IMG/VR virus record: IMGVR_UViG_3300037467_001655
Reading direction: 5' to 3' (one strand)
From: a virus
DNA: 64,000 bases
Part shown: piece after piece, positions 17,985-27,200 of the stretch
How the letters are laid out: each line of letters opens with the position of its first letter
How positions within the stretch are numbered: the first letter of the stretch is position 1
The notes under the pieces: model-generated
What the model saw: the letters and a program-made list of their open reading frames with translations, nothing else
Database searches by the model: none
Told to the model about the DNA's origin: nothing
Position numbers and translations under genes: made by a program

Positions 17985-20059
17985 CAGCTCGCCTTCCTCG
18001 CGTGTCGCGCATGGCTTTCCCGGATCGCGTCGGCGAGCAGCCGCCGCCGCGGTGCTGATGCCGCGATCAGCTGCCGGGCCGTGTCCTGCCGCGCGGTCGC
18101 GGCCTGTTGCTCGGCGTACGCGGCGACGGCGCGGCGGGCTACGTCGTCCAGCACGCTGGTGTCAGTGGCAGGTTTGGATTGCCGCGGCGCGAACGACGCG
18201 ACCAAGGCCAAGTCGCCGTCGCGGTCGCGGACGCGTTGCACAGCCGGGTTCAGGAATCCCGGCGAGTTCACCGCGTGCCCGATCAGCAGTTCCGGTGCAC
18301 CGCCGACGCGTTCCCAATGCCCGGAATGCGGTGTCTGGAGAGCGAGTTTCACCATTTTTTCGTCGGCGGTGGCCGCGATGCAGCCCGACACCCAGATCCC
18401 GATATCGTCCTCACCGGCGAGTACGTATGCCCAGCAGGTGGTTACGTCGTCGTAGTGCTCAAGGGCGGCGCGCATGCCCTTGCCGGCGACAGCGTGACCG
18501 CCGCCGACCGTGAGCCGGCCGACGCCCATGATGCCGCCGGAGTCGAGGTGGATGGGGGACTGGTGGAACGCGGCGTACCCGGTGTTGCTGTGGTACGGGG
18601 TGACTTCCATGTCCGGGTATGCGGTGTGGTGCGCCTTCCAGCACGCGAGGTGACCGAGCACGCGACCTTCCGCAGTCACATGGATCGGGGTGGGATCGGT
18701 CAGGCCCGGGTCCTCGAAGAACGCGGCCGGATAGATGTCGGGTTCCACGATCCGGGCCTTCGCCGCTGCCGCGACCAGGGCGAGCGGCGGCGGAGTGTTC
18801 ACACTGTCGCCGATGGTGATCACGGTGTCCCGGAACTCGGGCACTGAAACGAGGGTTGCTGCCGCGACTTCGACCGTGTCCCAGCGCATCACGACCGGGG
18901 CTCCGCTCGCGTACAGCTGTTCGGCGGCGTCCAGCGACACCGTGTTCCCCGCGGCGTCGGCGAGGACTTCGGATTTCACCCACAGTTCGGCGCTGGGGCG
19001 GGTGACTCCCGCTTCGACCTGCATCAGCGCTTCGTCTGCGTCGGGCCCGTCCAGGAGGGTGCCGGTGCCCCACAGGCCGTCCTCACGCAGGTCCAACGCC
19101 TGGACGGCGCCGATGGTGAGGCCGCCTTCGTGGGCGGGCAGGTCGGCGCGCTGCCATTTCAGCGGCATCGGGAGCACGGTGTCCACCAGCTCCACAGTGC
19201 GCGACATCATGAATTGCCCAGAGCGGCCGATCACGCCGGTAGGGACGAGTAGGGCCTCAAACGAGCGGGCCATGGTGGTGCCTCCTGTGTCTGCTGCTGA
19301 CGCTACTCGAGCCGGGGCCGGATTCTCGAGTGCTGATTCCACGATCGCGACCACACACCGGCAGCCGGCCACTTCCTCCGGTGGACCACCGATCCACCCC
19401 GGATACGGGAGCGTCGCGGAGCCGACGACGAAATCGGTTCCGAGCGGGACGCGTTGGCGGTCGGCGAGCTGATGCGTGTGCCGGGTGTGGCCGTCGTGCA
19501 ACGCCAACCACATCTTGTCCAAGGCATGCCCGGTGCCGGCGGTTTCGAGCTCGGCGCGCGCGATGCGGGCGGCGTTGAACACGCCCACAGCGGTCCGGCC
19601 GATCTCCGTGGCATCGCCACGCCACGAGTCGGCGTAGGACAGTGCCCGCGCCGCTGCTTGCCGTACCGCGTCGAGTGGTTGCCCGGCCGTCTTGCGGATC
19701 GCGGCATCGACGCGTTTACGGGCGCGGGCGGGGATCCCTGACATTCGTTCCCGCATCGCGCCGACCATGCGGTTGCGCCACTCGCCCAACCTGTCCCGGT
19801 CATCGCCCAGCAGCCGGTCCACGATCGCGCCGAACCGTGGCAGGAAACCGTTGTCCAGCTCCGATTCCCACGCCGCGGCGGTGCGGGTGACCGCGTCCGG
19901 GTCGGGCGGGATATCGCCGACGCTGGCGGCGGTGAGCACCGGCAGCGCGGCCTGTGTGGCGGTGCCGAGCCATGCGCGGATCGCGTTGGCGGCCAGGTCC
20001 TCCAGTTCCCGTTCCAGGGTGAGGATTTCGACCAGTGCGCTCCGCTGCTCGGCTCTCAC
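17984..20059 (-). CDS. MuF-like minor capsid / capsid maturation protease fusion
   Basis: GTG overlapping the portal stop; MuF motifs KMWLALHDGHTRHTH, LPYPGW.GGPPEEVAGCRC; protease part RVLGHLACW, GEDDIGIWVSG. Confidence 0.85.
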   Translation of the reverse strand: MRAEQRSALVEILTLERELEDLAANAIRAWLGTATQAALPVLTAASVGDIPPDPDAVTRTAAAWESELDNGFLPRFGAIVDRLLGDDRDRLGEWRNRMVGAMRERMSGIPARARKRVDAAIRKTAGQPLDAVRQAAARALSYADSWRGDATEIGRTAVGVFNAARIARAELETAGTGHALDKMWLALHDGHTRHTHQLADRQRVPLGTDFVVGSATLPYPGWIGGPPEEVAGCRCVVAIVESALENPAPARVASAADTGGTTMARSFEALLVPTGVIGRSGQFMMSRTVELVDTVLPMPLKWQRADLPAHEGGLTIGAVQALDLREDGLWGTGTLLDGPDADEALMQVEAGVTRPSAELWVKSEVLADAAGNTVSLDAAEQLYASGAPVVMRWDTVEVAAATLVSVPEFRDTVITIGDSVNTPPPLALVAAAAKARIVEPDIYPAAFFEDPGLTDPTPIHVTAEGRVLGHLACWKAHHTAYPDMEVTPYHSNTGYAAFHQSPIHLDSGGIMGVGRLTVGGGHAVAGKGMRAALEHYDDVTTCWAYVLAGEDDIGIWVSGCIAATADEKMVKLALQTPHSGHWERVGGAPELLIGHAVNSPGFLNPAVQRVRDRDGDLALVASFAPRQSKPATDTSVLDDVARRAVAAYAEQQAATARQDTARQLIAASAPRRRLLADAIRESHARHARKAS

Positions 20060-21891
20060 TGGTCCGACCGCCACATCGGGTGCGTGCCGGTGGTCAACGC
20101 TTCCCGGCACACCGACGCCACCAGCGTGCGGAGCTGGTCACGGGAAACGCCTGCGCTGGCGCAAATTTCGTCGTCCAGCACCTCTTCCCACCCGTCGATC
20201 AGACGATCCACGTCGCCGGCAGAGCATGGGCCGAGATGCTGTTTCAGGTGCGTGTCCCGCGCTGGGACACCCTGCAGCTGGGCGTGGTTCGGGCGGGTCC
20301 GTCGCCGGTTGCCCGCCAACCCCATTGCCCGGTTGACGCACAACCGCACCGCGGTGTCCGCGGCGGCGGCCAGCTGCTCGCGCGTGTCCGGTACGCGCTG
20401 CTGCTCCAACTCCGGTGACGGCACGGGCGGTGGTGGCGGGGGTGCGGCGGGGGCGCGGTTGAGTTCGGGCAGGCCGAGCGCGGGAACGAGTGTGCGGAGC
20501 AGCGGTTCGAGGACGGGGACCAGGGCGGCGTCCTTGCGTACCTGGTCGAGCACCCACGCGGTCCAGCCTTCGCGGGTGGTCAGGTCGTAGCCGTCCTGTT
20601 CCTCCGACATGCCGAGCTCACGCAGGTACGCCTCCGCGCGGACCACGCCATCGGTGAAGCCGGTGCGCACCTTCTCCACCTGATCCGGTTCCGCCTCGAC
20701 ATCGCTGGTGTCATACCAGATCACGACATCCGAGTCCGGCACCATCGGCCGCAGCAACTGGGTGGTGAGGGCGGCGCAGATGGTTTCCATCTCCGGCGCC
20801 GCGTGCCAGCGCACGGCCTCCTCTTCGACGCCGTAGAGGCTCCAGTGGTTGAGGTCGGCCAGGCCGAGCAGCACTTCGGGCGGCATGTCGAGGGTCATGG
20901 CGAGACGCCGGACCGCTTTCTCCCGCGCGGCCTGCGCCTTGTCCGATACCTCGCTGTCGAATTTGATGTGCCGGATCTTGTCGACCCATTCGCCGGCCAC
21001 CTGCAAGATGATCGGCACCATGGCTTCCGCGCTGGACGGGTCCTGGATGGCTTTCGACATCGCCTCCTGCAATGCCACCCGCACCTCGTCGGCGGTGACG
21101 AACCGCGACAACGGTGCAGGTGCAGGCAGATTCGGGGCGTCCGGGTCCGGGGCACCGGTCGGGGCGGGTTTCGCCGGCATCGACACTTCGGTGGGCAGCA
21201 CGAGGATGCCGTTACCGGCCTGCCGGCTCTTGCCTGCGCCCTCGATGTTCTGGGACATCCGAACGATTTCCTTGAGGATCGGCAGCGCCGCCTTGGCGGG
21301 CGACCACGCGAGCCGGGCCCGGCGTGGGTCCTGCCGCCAGATCCGCGACAGCGTGTCCGCTTTCGGGTCCATCGTGTAGTTGGTGCCGTCCTCGAGTTCG
21401 AGTTCGGCGGTGTCGCCGCGCGGTTTCACCTCGTCGTTGGACAGGACATGCCACTGTTCTTCGCCGTCGGGGTAGATGATCGCCAACCACGCTTCGCCGG
21501 GAATCATCATCAGCGGGGCGAGGCGGCCGAGCATCTGCGATTGGCCGGTGGCTCCGCCCGCGATCTGCCGGACCACCGCACGCGCCGCGGCGTTCTCAGT
21601 AGATCCGGTGGGCTTGCCCGTCTCCGGGTCCAGGTCGGACGCGACCAGCCGGAACCTGGAGAGCAGAGCGGTTTTCCACAGCAGCGAAAACGACAGCTCG
21701 CCGACGAGGTCGAGCATGTCCCACAGCTCTTCCTGCCACTTCTTCGTCTCGCCACGCGGTTTGGTGACCTTGCCCCACTTCGCCGGCGGGACGGTGACCG
21801 CTGCGGCGGTGAGCGCGGACAGCGACGAAACCACCTGCGGCTGGGTGGGGTCCGCGGTGGTGGTGGTTTTGCGCCGCCAGATCATGCTCAT
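20056..21891 (-). CDS. Portal protein
   Basis: WQEELWDMLDLVGEL, IPGEAWLAI, SRIWRQDPRRAR.AWSP, RRLAMTLDMPPEVLLG. Confidence 0.88.
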   Translation of the reverse strand: MSMIWRRKTTTTADPTQPQVVSSLSALTAAAVTVPPAKWGKVTKPRGETKKWQEELWDMLDLVGELSFSLLWKTALLSRFRLVASDLDPETGKPTGSTENAAARAVVRQIAGGATGQSQMLGRLAPLMMIPGEAWLAIIYPDGEEQWHVLSNDEVKPRGDTAELELEDGTNYTMDPKADTLSRIWRQDPRRARLAWSPAKAALPILKEIVRMSQNIEGAGKSRQAGNGILVLPTEVSMPAKPAPTGAPDPDAPNLPAPAPLSRFVTADEVRVALQEAMSKAIQDPSSAEAMVPIILQVAGEWVDKIRHIKFDSEVSDKAQAAREKAVRRLAMTLDMPPEVLLGLADLNHWSLYGVEEEAVRWHAAPEMETICAALTTQLLRPMVPDSDVVIWYDTSDVEAEPDQVEKVRTGFTDGVVRAEAYLRELGMSEEQDGYDLTTREGWTAWVLDQVRKDAALVPVLEPLLRTLVPALGLPELNRAPAAPPPPPPVPSPELEQQRVPDTREQLAAAADTAVRLCVNRAMGLAGNRRRTRPNHAQLQGVPARDTHLKQHLGPCSAGDVDRLIDGWEEVLDDEICASAGVSRDQLRTLVASVCREALTTGTHPMWRSDQ

Positions 21892-21920
21892 CGGGCGGCA
21901 AGCTAGTCACCGGGGGTGCA
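21892..21920 (-). promoter_or_regulatory. Putative leaderless late promoter TGCACCCC-N7-TAGCTT-N8-ATG
   Basis: Consensus match at the portal start. Confidence 0.65.
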
Positions 21921-21925
21921 GCACC

Positions 21926-22105
21926 CTATGCGTCAGCAGGCACCAGCGACGCGACCGGCGTGGGGAACGGGTAACCGCCCGGCGCGTCGCTGTCGGGTTC
22001 CACGATCACGCGTGACGGGTCGCCGTCGTCGTCCATCGCGACGATCCGGAACACGGACACGCCGCCCTCGCCCAGTTTGACCAGCGAACCCACGTCGAAT
22101 GACAC
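21926..22105 (-). CDS. Possible small protein (59 aa) or gene remnant
   Basis: Open frame (SFDVGSLVKLGEGGVSVFRIVAMDDDGDPSRVIVEP...) with phage-like codons, but no clear RBS or start. Confidence 0.35.
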   Translation of the reverse strand: MSFDVGSLVKLGEGGVSVFRIVAMDDDGDPSRVIVEPDSDAPGGYPFPTPVASLVPADA

Positions 22106-22174
22106 GCCCGGAGTGTACTGGTACGCCCGTCCAGACTCATCGATAGCCGCGCGTGTGCCGGACCCGGGAAAGGG

Positions 22175-22209
22175 GAATCCCCACCTGCTCCTAGGTCAGG
22201 TGGGGATTC
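22175..22209. terminator. Hairpin
   Basis: gaatccccacctg/caggtggggattc 13-bp stem. Confidence 0.6.
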
Positions 22210-22222
22210 GGGGGTCGGTCGG

Positions 22223-22498
22223 TCAGACCCCCAGCTTCGCGGCGTAGTAGTCCAGCGCGGCGTCCCGATCGTTCACCGAACGGGTCGCGTCGGCCGGGGG
22301 AGTGATCCAACGCAGTGCGCGCCACCCCGATACCGGGCGCAGCACCCACGCTCCCCACTCCCGATGCATCGTGTATCCGCCGCCGGTGTCGCGCGGGTCG
22401 CGGCGCAGAGAGCGCAGCAGCTGACTCGCGTTGTGCCGCAACCAGAACAGGCGGTGATGACCGTCGCTCTCGCCGTATCGCCCCTGGGTCAATGGCAT
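22223..22498 (-). CDS. Hypothetical protein (91 aa)
   Basis: ATG 22498 with GAGGG RBS. Confidence 0.65.
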   Translation of the reverse strand: MPLTQGRYGESDGHHRLFWLRHNASQLLRSLRRDPRDTGGGYTMHREWGAWVLRPVSGWRALRWITPPADATRSVNDRDAALDYYAAKLGV

Positions 22499-22499
22499 A

Positions 22500-22928
22500 T
22501 CAATTCCCTCTCGCGCATTCCTCGGGAGTGATGAACCGCTCCATGCTGGAGTCAACGAAGTCGAACGGGTGCCCCTGGAGGGTACCCACCGCCTGAGCCT
22601 GGACGCGCCACAACCCAGGCACGCAGGCAGTCTTCACGCCGTACGTCAGCCGCGGCGACGGGATCCGTGCGTCGCTGATGACGGTCTGCCCTTCCCACCC
22701 GTTCTTGGTGCGCAGTTGCAGCGCCAGCCGCAGTTCGTGGCGTTCGGGCGGCACCTCGCATGTCGCCCACGCGTTGCCCAGGATCGAACCGACCCCGATC
22801 GTGGGTTTGGTCGGCATGAATCCCAGGTTGCAGGACTTCTCGGCGGCCTGCGCGGGCCCAGCGTGCACGGCGCTGGCGAGCAGAACCGCGGTGGCGGCGG
22901 CGGTGATGATTGATCCGATGCGTCGCAC
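22500..22928 (-). CDS. Secreted protein with signal peptide and Cys pairs
   Basis: MRRIGSIITAAATAVLLASAVHAGPAQA-AEKSC... Confidence 0.75.
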   Translation of the reverse strand: MRRIGSIITAAATAVLLASAVHAGPAQAAEKSCNLGFMPTKPTIGVGSILGNAWATCEVPPERHELRLALQLRTKNGWEGQTVISDARIPSPRLTYGVKTACVPGLWRVQAQAVGTLQGHPFDFVDSSMERFITPEECARGN

Positions 22929-22979
22929 CTGATCCCCCTGTCTCGTGTTCTTCCTGCCTGCCGGTGCGGCGGGCCAGGT

Positions 22980-23342
22980 CTATTGGTGTGCCGGATCGGG
23001 GTGCAGCGGGTTGATGGTCCCGCCCTCGGGCGCGTATCCGCCGCCCCGTTCGTAGGTCCGGTCGGCGGCCAGGTCGTGGATGTCGGTCAGCTCCGCCAGC
23101 TCCGGCGGGATGCGGCCCCGCAGATGCCCCAGGTCGGGGACAATCAACAGTTCGATGTTGTGGTCGCTGATGTGATCGAGCAGAGCCCCAGGGATCACGA
23201 GACTGCTCGATCTGGTGAGGCCGATGTAGTCGTATCCGAGCCTGCACGCGACGCGGACGGCGCGGCGGTTGATGTCGCTCACGGTTTTCACCAGGTCAAG
23301 GCACACGTAGCCCATCGCGCGGGGCGGGGCCTCAACATCCAC
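22980..23342 (-). CDS. Degenerate resolvase-like N-terminal domain protein
   Basis: GTG 23342 with AAGGAG RBS; AMGYVCLD...RLGYD...ELLIVPDLGHL resembles a serine-recombinase fold without the catalytic motif. Confidence 0.65.
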   Translation of the reverse strand: MDVEAPPRAMGYVCLDLVKTVSDINRRAVRVACRLGYDYIGLTRSSSLVIPGALLDHISDHNIELLIVPDLGHLRGRIPPELAELTDIHDLAADRTYERGGGYAPEGGTINPLHPDPAHQ

Positions 23343-23478
23343 GGGTGTCTCCTTCGGATTCGATACGGCGGCGGATCGCTGCAACGGTGCGGTCCTTCGG
23401 AATGCGTTGCGGCCACAGCACAATCAGGCCGTAGATGGTCGGCGCGAGGATCAACACCACGATCACGAGCGTGGTCAC
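23332..23478 (-). CDS. Small membrane protein (48 aa)
   Basis: Translated by hand: MTTLVIVVLILAPTIYGLIVLWPQRIPKDRTVAAIRRRIESEGDTRGC; GAGGAG RBS. Confidence 0.6.
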   Translation of the reverse strand: MTTLVIVVLILAPTIYGLIVLWPQRIPKDRTVAAIRRRIESEGDTRGC

Positions 23479-23645
23479 CGGCAGCTCCTCAGGTTCGATG
23501 GTTCGCGCCCGCCGCCGGGGTCTTCACGGCGCCCGGCGGCGGGGCTTGACCTGATGGTTTCCGTTGTCCGGCGGGCATTTCCGGACGAGGACCGGACAAA
23601 AACCGGCTAATCTGAGGCCGACTACTTCCGCTGCAGGGGGCGCGC

Positions 23646-24908
23646 ATGGATATCGTCGCCACATGGACCGCCATCGAGTGCGTAGCGCTTCGACGCGCGT
23701 ACCAGATGAATCAGGCCAAGTTCGCCGCCGCGCTCGGGGCGTCGGAGCGCTCGGTCCGCGGATGGGAAAAGGGACAACGGCCGGTCGGTCACAACGGGCA
23801 AGGCTTCTACGCGGGGATGCTCGCGAAAGCGCCGGCCGATGTGGCGGCCCGGTTCGCGATCCTGCGGAAACCGGAGGATGACGACGACGTGAAGCGGCGC
23901 GAGCTGTTCAAAGCTGGCGCGGCGGCCGGTGCAGGTGCCTTGGCCACTCTGGGGCTGGGGGATGCGACCGAACGCGCGAATTGGCTGATGTCCGGCGCAG
24001 GGCGGCCGGACATGGCGGCGGTGAACCTGATGCGGGCCACCCTGCACCAGGCGATGCGGTTGGACGACCTACTGGGTTCTCCTGCCGCGCAAGGCATGGT
24101 GATCGCGCAGCAGCAGGTCACCGAAGCCATGCTGAAAGATGCACCGGCGGCGGTCCGGCCGATGCTGCTGTCGCTATATGCGGAGTGGACCGGGCTGGCG
24201 GGGTCGCTGGCGTGGGACGTCCGCGACTACGTGACCGCCGGACGGCTGTATGCACAGGCCCGCGAATTCGCCCACGAGGCAGAGGATTCCGACCTCGGCG
24301 CGTACATGCTGTGTCACCTGTCGCAGCTCGCCACGTGGCAGAAACGGCCCCGTGTCGCAGTCGACTACGCGGTGGCCGCCCGGTCGTGGGCGGCGCAATC
24401 ATCGGACCGGCACCTGCGCGCCTATGTCGCTGTGCGCAACGCAGAGGCCGCCGCCATCGCCGGACAACACGCAGGGTGCCTGGAGTCTTTGGACGAAGCC
24501 GACGCCGCCTTGGTCGGCCTGAATCCAGTGCACCCCTCGCAGTCGCGCGCCTACTTCATGGGCGGCGCGATCCAAGAGTCGTACCGCGGCAACTGCCTCA
24601 CCATCCTTGGGCGCGCCGAGCAGGCCGCCCAGGCGTCGCGCAACGCGCTGGCGATGATGCAGCCCGAATACGTCCGCGACCGCGCGGTTACCCTCCTCGA
24701 GCTCGAACGCTCCCTGATTCAACTCGACTCGATCGAGGAGGCCGCCGCCGCAGTCGGTGAAGCGGCGGAACTGGCCGAACAGAACCGATCACCGCGGCTG
24801 GCGGGCGCGATCGCTGACGGTCGGCACCAGCTGGCGCCGTGGGCGGGGACGCGGGCGGTACGGGACCTGGACGCCGAGCTGGCAGCCCGCGATATCGTGA
24901 CCGTATGA
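23646..24908 (+). CDS. XRE-HTH plus TPR-like regulator (actinobacterial type)
   Basis: WTAIECVALRRAYQMNQAKFAAALGASERSVRGWEKG HTH, followed by helical repeats (AGSLAWD...A.RLYAQA...LGAYML). Confidence 0.85.
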   Translation: MDIVATWTAIECVALRRAYQMNQAKFAAALGASERSVRGWEKGQRPVGHNGQGFYAGMLAKAPADVAARFAILRKPEDDDDVKRRELFKAGAAAGAGALATLGLGDATERANWLMSGAGRPDMAAVNLMRATLHQAMRLDDLLGSPAAQGMVIAQQQVTEAMLKDAPAAVRPMLLSLYAEWTGLAGSLAWDVRDYVTAGRLYAQAREFAHEAEDSDLGAYMLCHLSQLATWQKRPRVAVDYAVAARSWAAQSSDRHLRAYVAVRNAEAAAIAGQHAGCLESLDEADAALVGLNPVHPSQSRAYFMGGAIQESYRGNCLTILGRAEQAAQASRNALAMMQPEYVRDRAVTLLELERSLIQLDSIEEAAAAVGEAAELAEQNRSPRLAGAIADGRHQLAPWAGTRAVRDLDAELAARDIVTV

Positions 24909-25240
24909 GCGCAGACCGCGAACACGAAGTGATGTCGCGGATAGAACGCGCCAAGGCCCAGCTGATCGGCACCGGCGAGCTGTCCGAACGGGTCGGCGGC
25001 GGTCGCGCCCCGTCTCGCTCGGACGCGTTCAAAGAGGCGTCGGCCGAAATTCACGCCGCCGAGCAGGGCCGTAACCGGCTCCTAGTGGATCTGGTCGGAG
25101 ACGCGGACGCCGTGCCGGTCGACCTGGCGAAGCGGCTCGGGTTGACCGGCCGCGAAGCTGCCCACATCATCGACACTGCCCGCAACGGCACGGCGAGGAT
25201 GCGGGCGCACGTATTCGGCGGGGTCACCGCGCAGCCCTGA
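24905..25240 (+). CDS. Hypothetical protein (111 aa)
   Basis: ATGA overlap with the regulator. Confidence 0.7.
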   Translation: MSADREHEVMSRIERAKAQLIGTGELSERVGGGRAPSRSDAFKEASAEIHAAEQGRNRLLVDLVGDADAVPVDLAKRLGLTGREAAHIIDTARNGTARMRAHVFGGVTAQP

Positions 25241-25544
25241 GCGCCCGGGCTGGCACCCACTGCTGTACCGGCACGCGTCCCTGCTGGTTCCCGGTGGTCA
25301 GGACGAAGTCGACCAGCCCCAACCATGTTCCGTCCGCGGCGCGCGCCCACGCGAGTAGGCGGCCGGGGGTTTGCCCGGTGACGACGAGTCCGCCGGCCTT
25401 GATGCCCATCGCGATGTGGTTGCGGCCGAACGGGCGGCCGGTGTCGGCGCCGGTGGGGAAGATGGCGGCGAGGTCGACCAGGACCGGCGCGGGCGGGTCC
25501 AGGACGCGGCGCAGGTTGAACGGGTCCGGCCAATCCTCGAACAT
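25224..25544 (-). CDS. Hypothetical protein, putatively SOS-regulated
   Basis: MFEDWPDPFNLRRV...GRLLAWARAADGTWLGLVDF...VQQWVPA; LexA box on the start codon. Confidence 0.7.
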   Translation of the reverse strand: MFEDWPDPFNLRRVLDPPAPVLVDLAAIFPTGADTGRPFGRNHIAMGIKAGGLVVTGQTPGRLLAWARAADGTWLGLVDFVLTTGNQQGRVPVQQWVPARALRAAR

Positions 25545-25552
25545 ACGTTCGG
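25537..25552. promoter_or_regulatory. LexA (SOS) box TCGAACATACGTTCGG
   Basis: 1 mismatch to TCGAAC-N4-GTTCGA; overlaps ATG 25544, between divergent genes. Confidence 0.75.
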
Positions 25553-25601
25553 ACTGTAATCGATGGGAACCGATAACACTCAGTTTGCCGTCCTACCTGG
25601 C

Positions 25602-25751
25602 ATGACGGATTCCCTGGATCGACAAGCGTTGCTCGATGCCGGGCTCGGACCCCGACGACCCCCGCGTGTGGGAGACGCAGCGGCGGATACGGAACCTATT
25701 GGCGTGGTGCGGGACCGGCTGCGGGTGGCGAATCCGCCGCGGCCGCGCTGA
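25602..25751 (+). CDS. Small hypothetical protein (49 aa)
   Basis: ATG 25602, divergent from the LexA-boxed gene. Confidence 0.4.
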   Translation: MTDSLDRQALLDAGLGPRRPPRVGDAAADTEPIGVVRDRLRVANPPRPR

Positions 25752-25896
25752 GTATCGCGGTCGCCTCCCGGATCTGCCCGGCCAACACTGTTAGCCGGCC
25801 CGGCAGGCACCGGTTGCGGGACCACACCAACTCCAGCTCGGCGGCGGCTGCGTCCAGTTGGCGCGCCGCGCGCCCCGCCGGCGTCATATCGGCCAT
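25696..25896 (-). CDS. Hypothetical protein (66 aa)
   Basis: MADMTPAGRAARQLDAAAAELELVW...; overlaps the end of the plus-strand ORF. Confidence 0.4.
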   Translation of the reverse strand: MADMTPAGRAARQLDAAAAELELVWSRNRCLPGRLTVLAGQIREATAILSAAAADSPPAAGPAPRQ

Positions 25897-25967
25897 GAGG
25901 CACCTATACCAGCAGGGTCCGACAAATACTTCGGCCCCACACCGAATCCCGGTGCGGGGCCGTGGAG

Positions 25968-26669
25968 TCATGCTGTCGCCCGGTCGGTGCGGATCTGCCG
26001 CCGTGCTCGCGGGATCGGCCGGGCGTCCGGCTCATCGATCGTGTCTTCGTCCCATTCCAGCGGCAACTTCCATCGCCGCTTCCGCGCGTACGCCCGCGCG
26101 CGGCTGGACGGGCCGGGCTGCATTTGCAGCCGCTCGAACAGCTCGACCACCTGCCGATGCCGGGCCGCGGTGATCGTTCCGTCGCCATGCATCAGTGGAC
26201 CGAAGTTGTTCGACACCAGCCCCAGTTGCCTCGCCATCTCTCGCATCGTCCACCCGGCCGCCACCAACGCCTGCAACCTGCGCCGGGCGCCGATCACGGG
26301 CACCCGGTCTCCGTCGCGGGCCACGCGCACGACTTCGGTGAAGTCGGCTGGAACCTGCACCGACAAGATGCGGTCAGCAGTGGACTTCGAAACATACTGC
26401 GCGGGCGGACGACCGTTCTTCCCGACGAGCAACGTGCCGATGTAGGACCGGTGGATGCCGGCGAGCTCGACAATGCGCCGGTAGCTGAGCCCCGCCGCCT
26501 TCAGTGTGGCGAGATGTGCGCGCACGGGATCCGCTGGCACCCGGTCGGGGTTCCACCGCCCATACGCTTTCTGCCGTTCGCGGTGACCCATGTAGCAGGC
26601 CGGGCACAGGCCACGGCGGAGCGGGCGCGGCGAAGGGTCGCGCCCGCACTTGCACACCATGGAGGTCAT
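25968..26669 (-). CDS. Zn-finger plus tandem HTH DNA-binding protein
   Basis: CKCG...LCPACY; ADPVRAHLATLKAAGLSYRRIVELAG; GARRRLQALVAAGWT; W..PLEWDEDTIDEP. Confidence 0.8.
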   Translation of the reverse strand: MTSMVCKCGRDPSPRPLRRGLCPACYMGHRERQKAYGRWNPDRVPADPVRAHLATLKAAGLSYRRIVELAGIHRSYIGTLLVGKNGRPPAQYVSKSTADRILSVQVPADFTEVVRVARDGDRVPVIGARRRLQALVAAGWTMREMARQLGLVSNNFGPLMHGDGTITAARHRQVVELFERLQMQPGPSSRARAYARKRRWKLPLEWDEDTIDEPDARPIPRARRQIRTDRATA

Positions 26670-27151
26670 CGCGCCGAAACGGGTTCGCTGGTGCGAGCCC
26701 CGGCGCCGAGCGCCCACGTGGTCAGGTCCACCAGCTGCTGCGCGTGCGCGCGGTCGGTGACGACCAGGCGCACCACGATCCGGAAGTCCTGTTCACCGAT
26801 CGGCGGGTCGTAGACGTCGATCGCCCATTTCCCGGCGTGTTCGCCCCGGTAGTACGCGGACGCGAAGAACCGGTGGTCGCTGGTGTGGTAGACGCCCTCG
26901 GTGAGGGTTTCGGTCAGCGGGTTGATTGGCGCGCCCTGGGCGACGTCGGTGGGGTCGAGGTCGCCGAGCAGGGCCCGGAACGCTGCGACGGCCTGGTCCT
27001 GCGCCTCCTGGGCGGCGTTGAGGCGGTCGTTCCAGGCGAACCACTCCTGGCCGTCGCTGTACGGCTCGTCGTAGCGGTAGCTGTCCACTTCGGCGTCGGC
27101 CTTGACGACCGCATTGGCGGCGGCGATGTGCTCGGGGGTGAAGATGATCAT
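26666..27151 (-). CDS. Hypothetical acidic protein (161 aa), leader-driven
   Basis: Preceded by the conserved leader. Confidence 0.8.
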   Translation of the reverse strand: MIIFTPEHIAAANAVVKADAEVDSYRYDEPYSDGQEWFAWNDRLNAAQEAQDQAVAAFRALLGDLDPTDVAQGAPINPLTETLTEGVYHTSDHRFFASAYYRGEHAGKWAIDVYDPPIGEQDFRIVVRLVVTDRAHAQQLVDLTTWALGAGARTSEPVSAR

Positions 27152-27190
27152 TTCCGGCTCCTATCCGGTTGGTGACGGCTATTCCGTCTG
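27152..27190 (-). promoter_or_regulatory. Early-module leader copy (no promoter part), with CCGGATAGGAGCCGG
   Basis: cagacggaatagccgtcaccaaccggataggagccggaaATG. Confidence 0.8.
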
Positions 27191-27200
27191 GCGGTGTGGG

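Noticed and set aside
17984-20059. MuF-toxin (polymorphic toxin) fusion
   Set aside because: The C-terminal part is a capsid maturation protease-like domain, not a toxin; no immunity gene follows
22140-22190. AGGAG plus GTG and CCCTTT as a programmed frameshift into the 21926 ORF
   Set aside because: The apparent RBS lies in the loop of a terminator hairpin and the required shift is +1 without support
22998-23005. Extra GGGGTGCA octamer
   Set aside because: No -10 hexamer at the 7-nt spacing and it lies inside a coding region
22980-23342. Active serine recombinase or invertase
   Set aside because: Lacks the YxRxS catalytic motif and a DNA-binding domain; no inverted repeat-flanked segment seen
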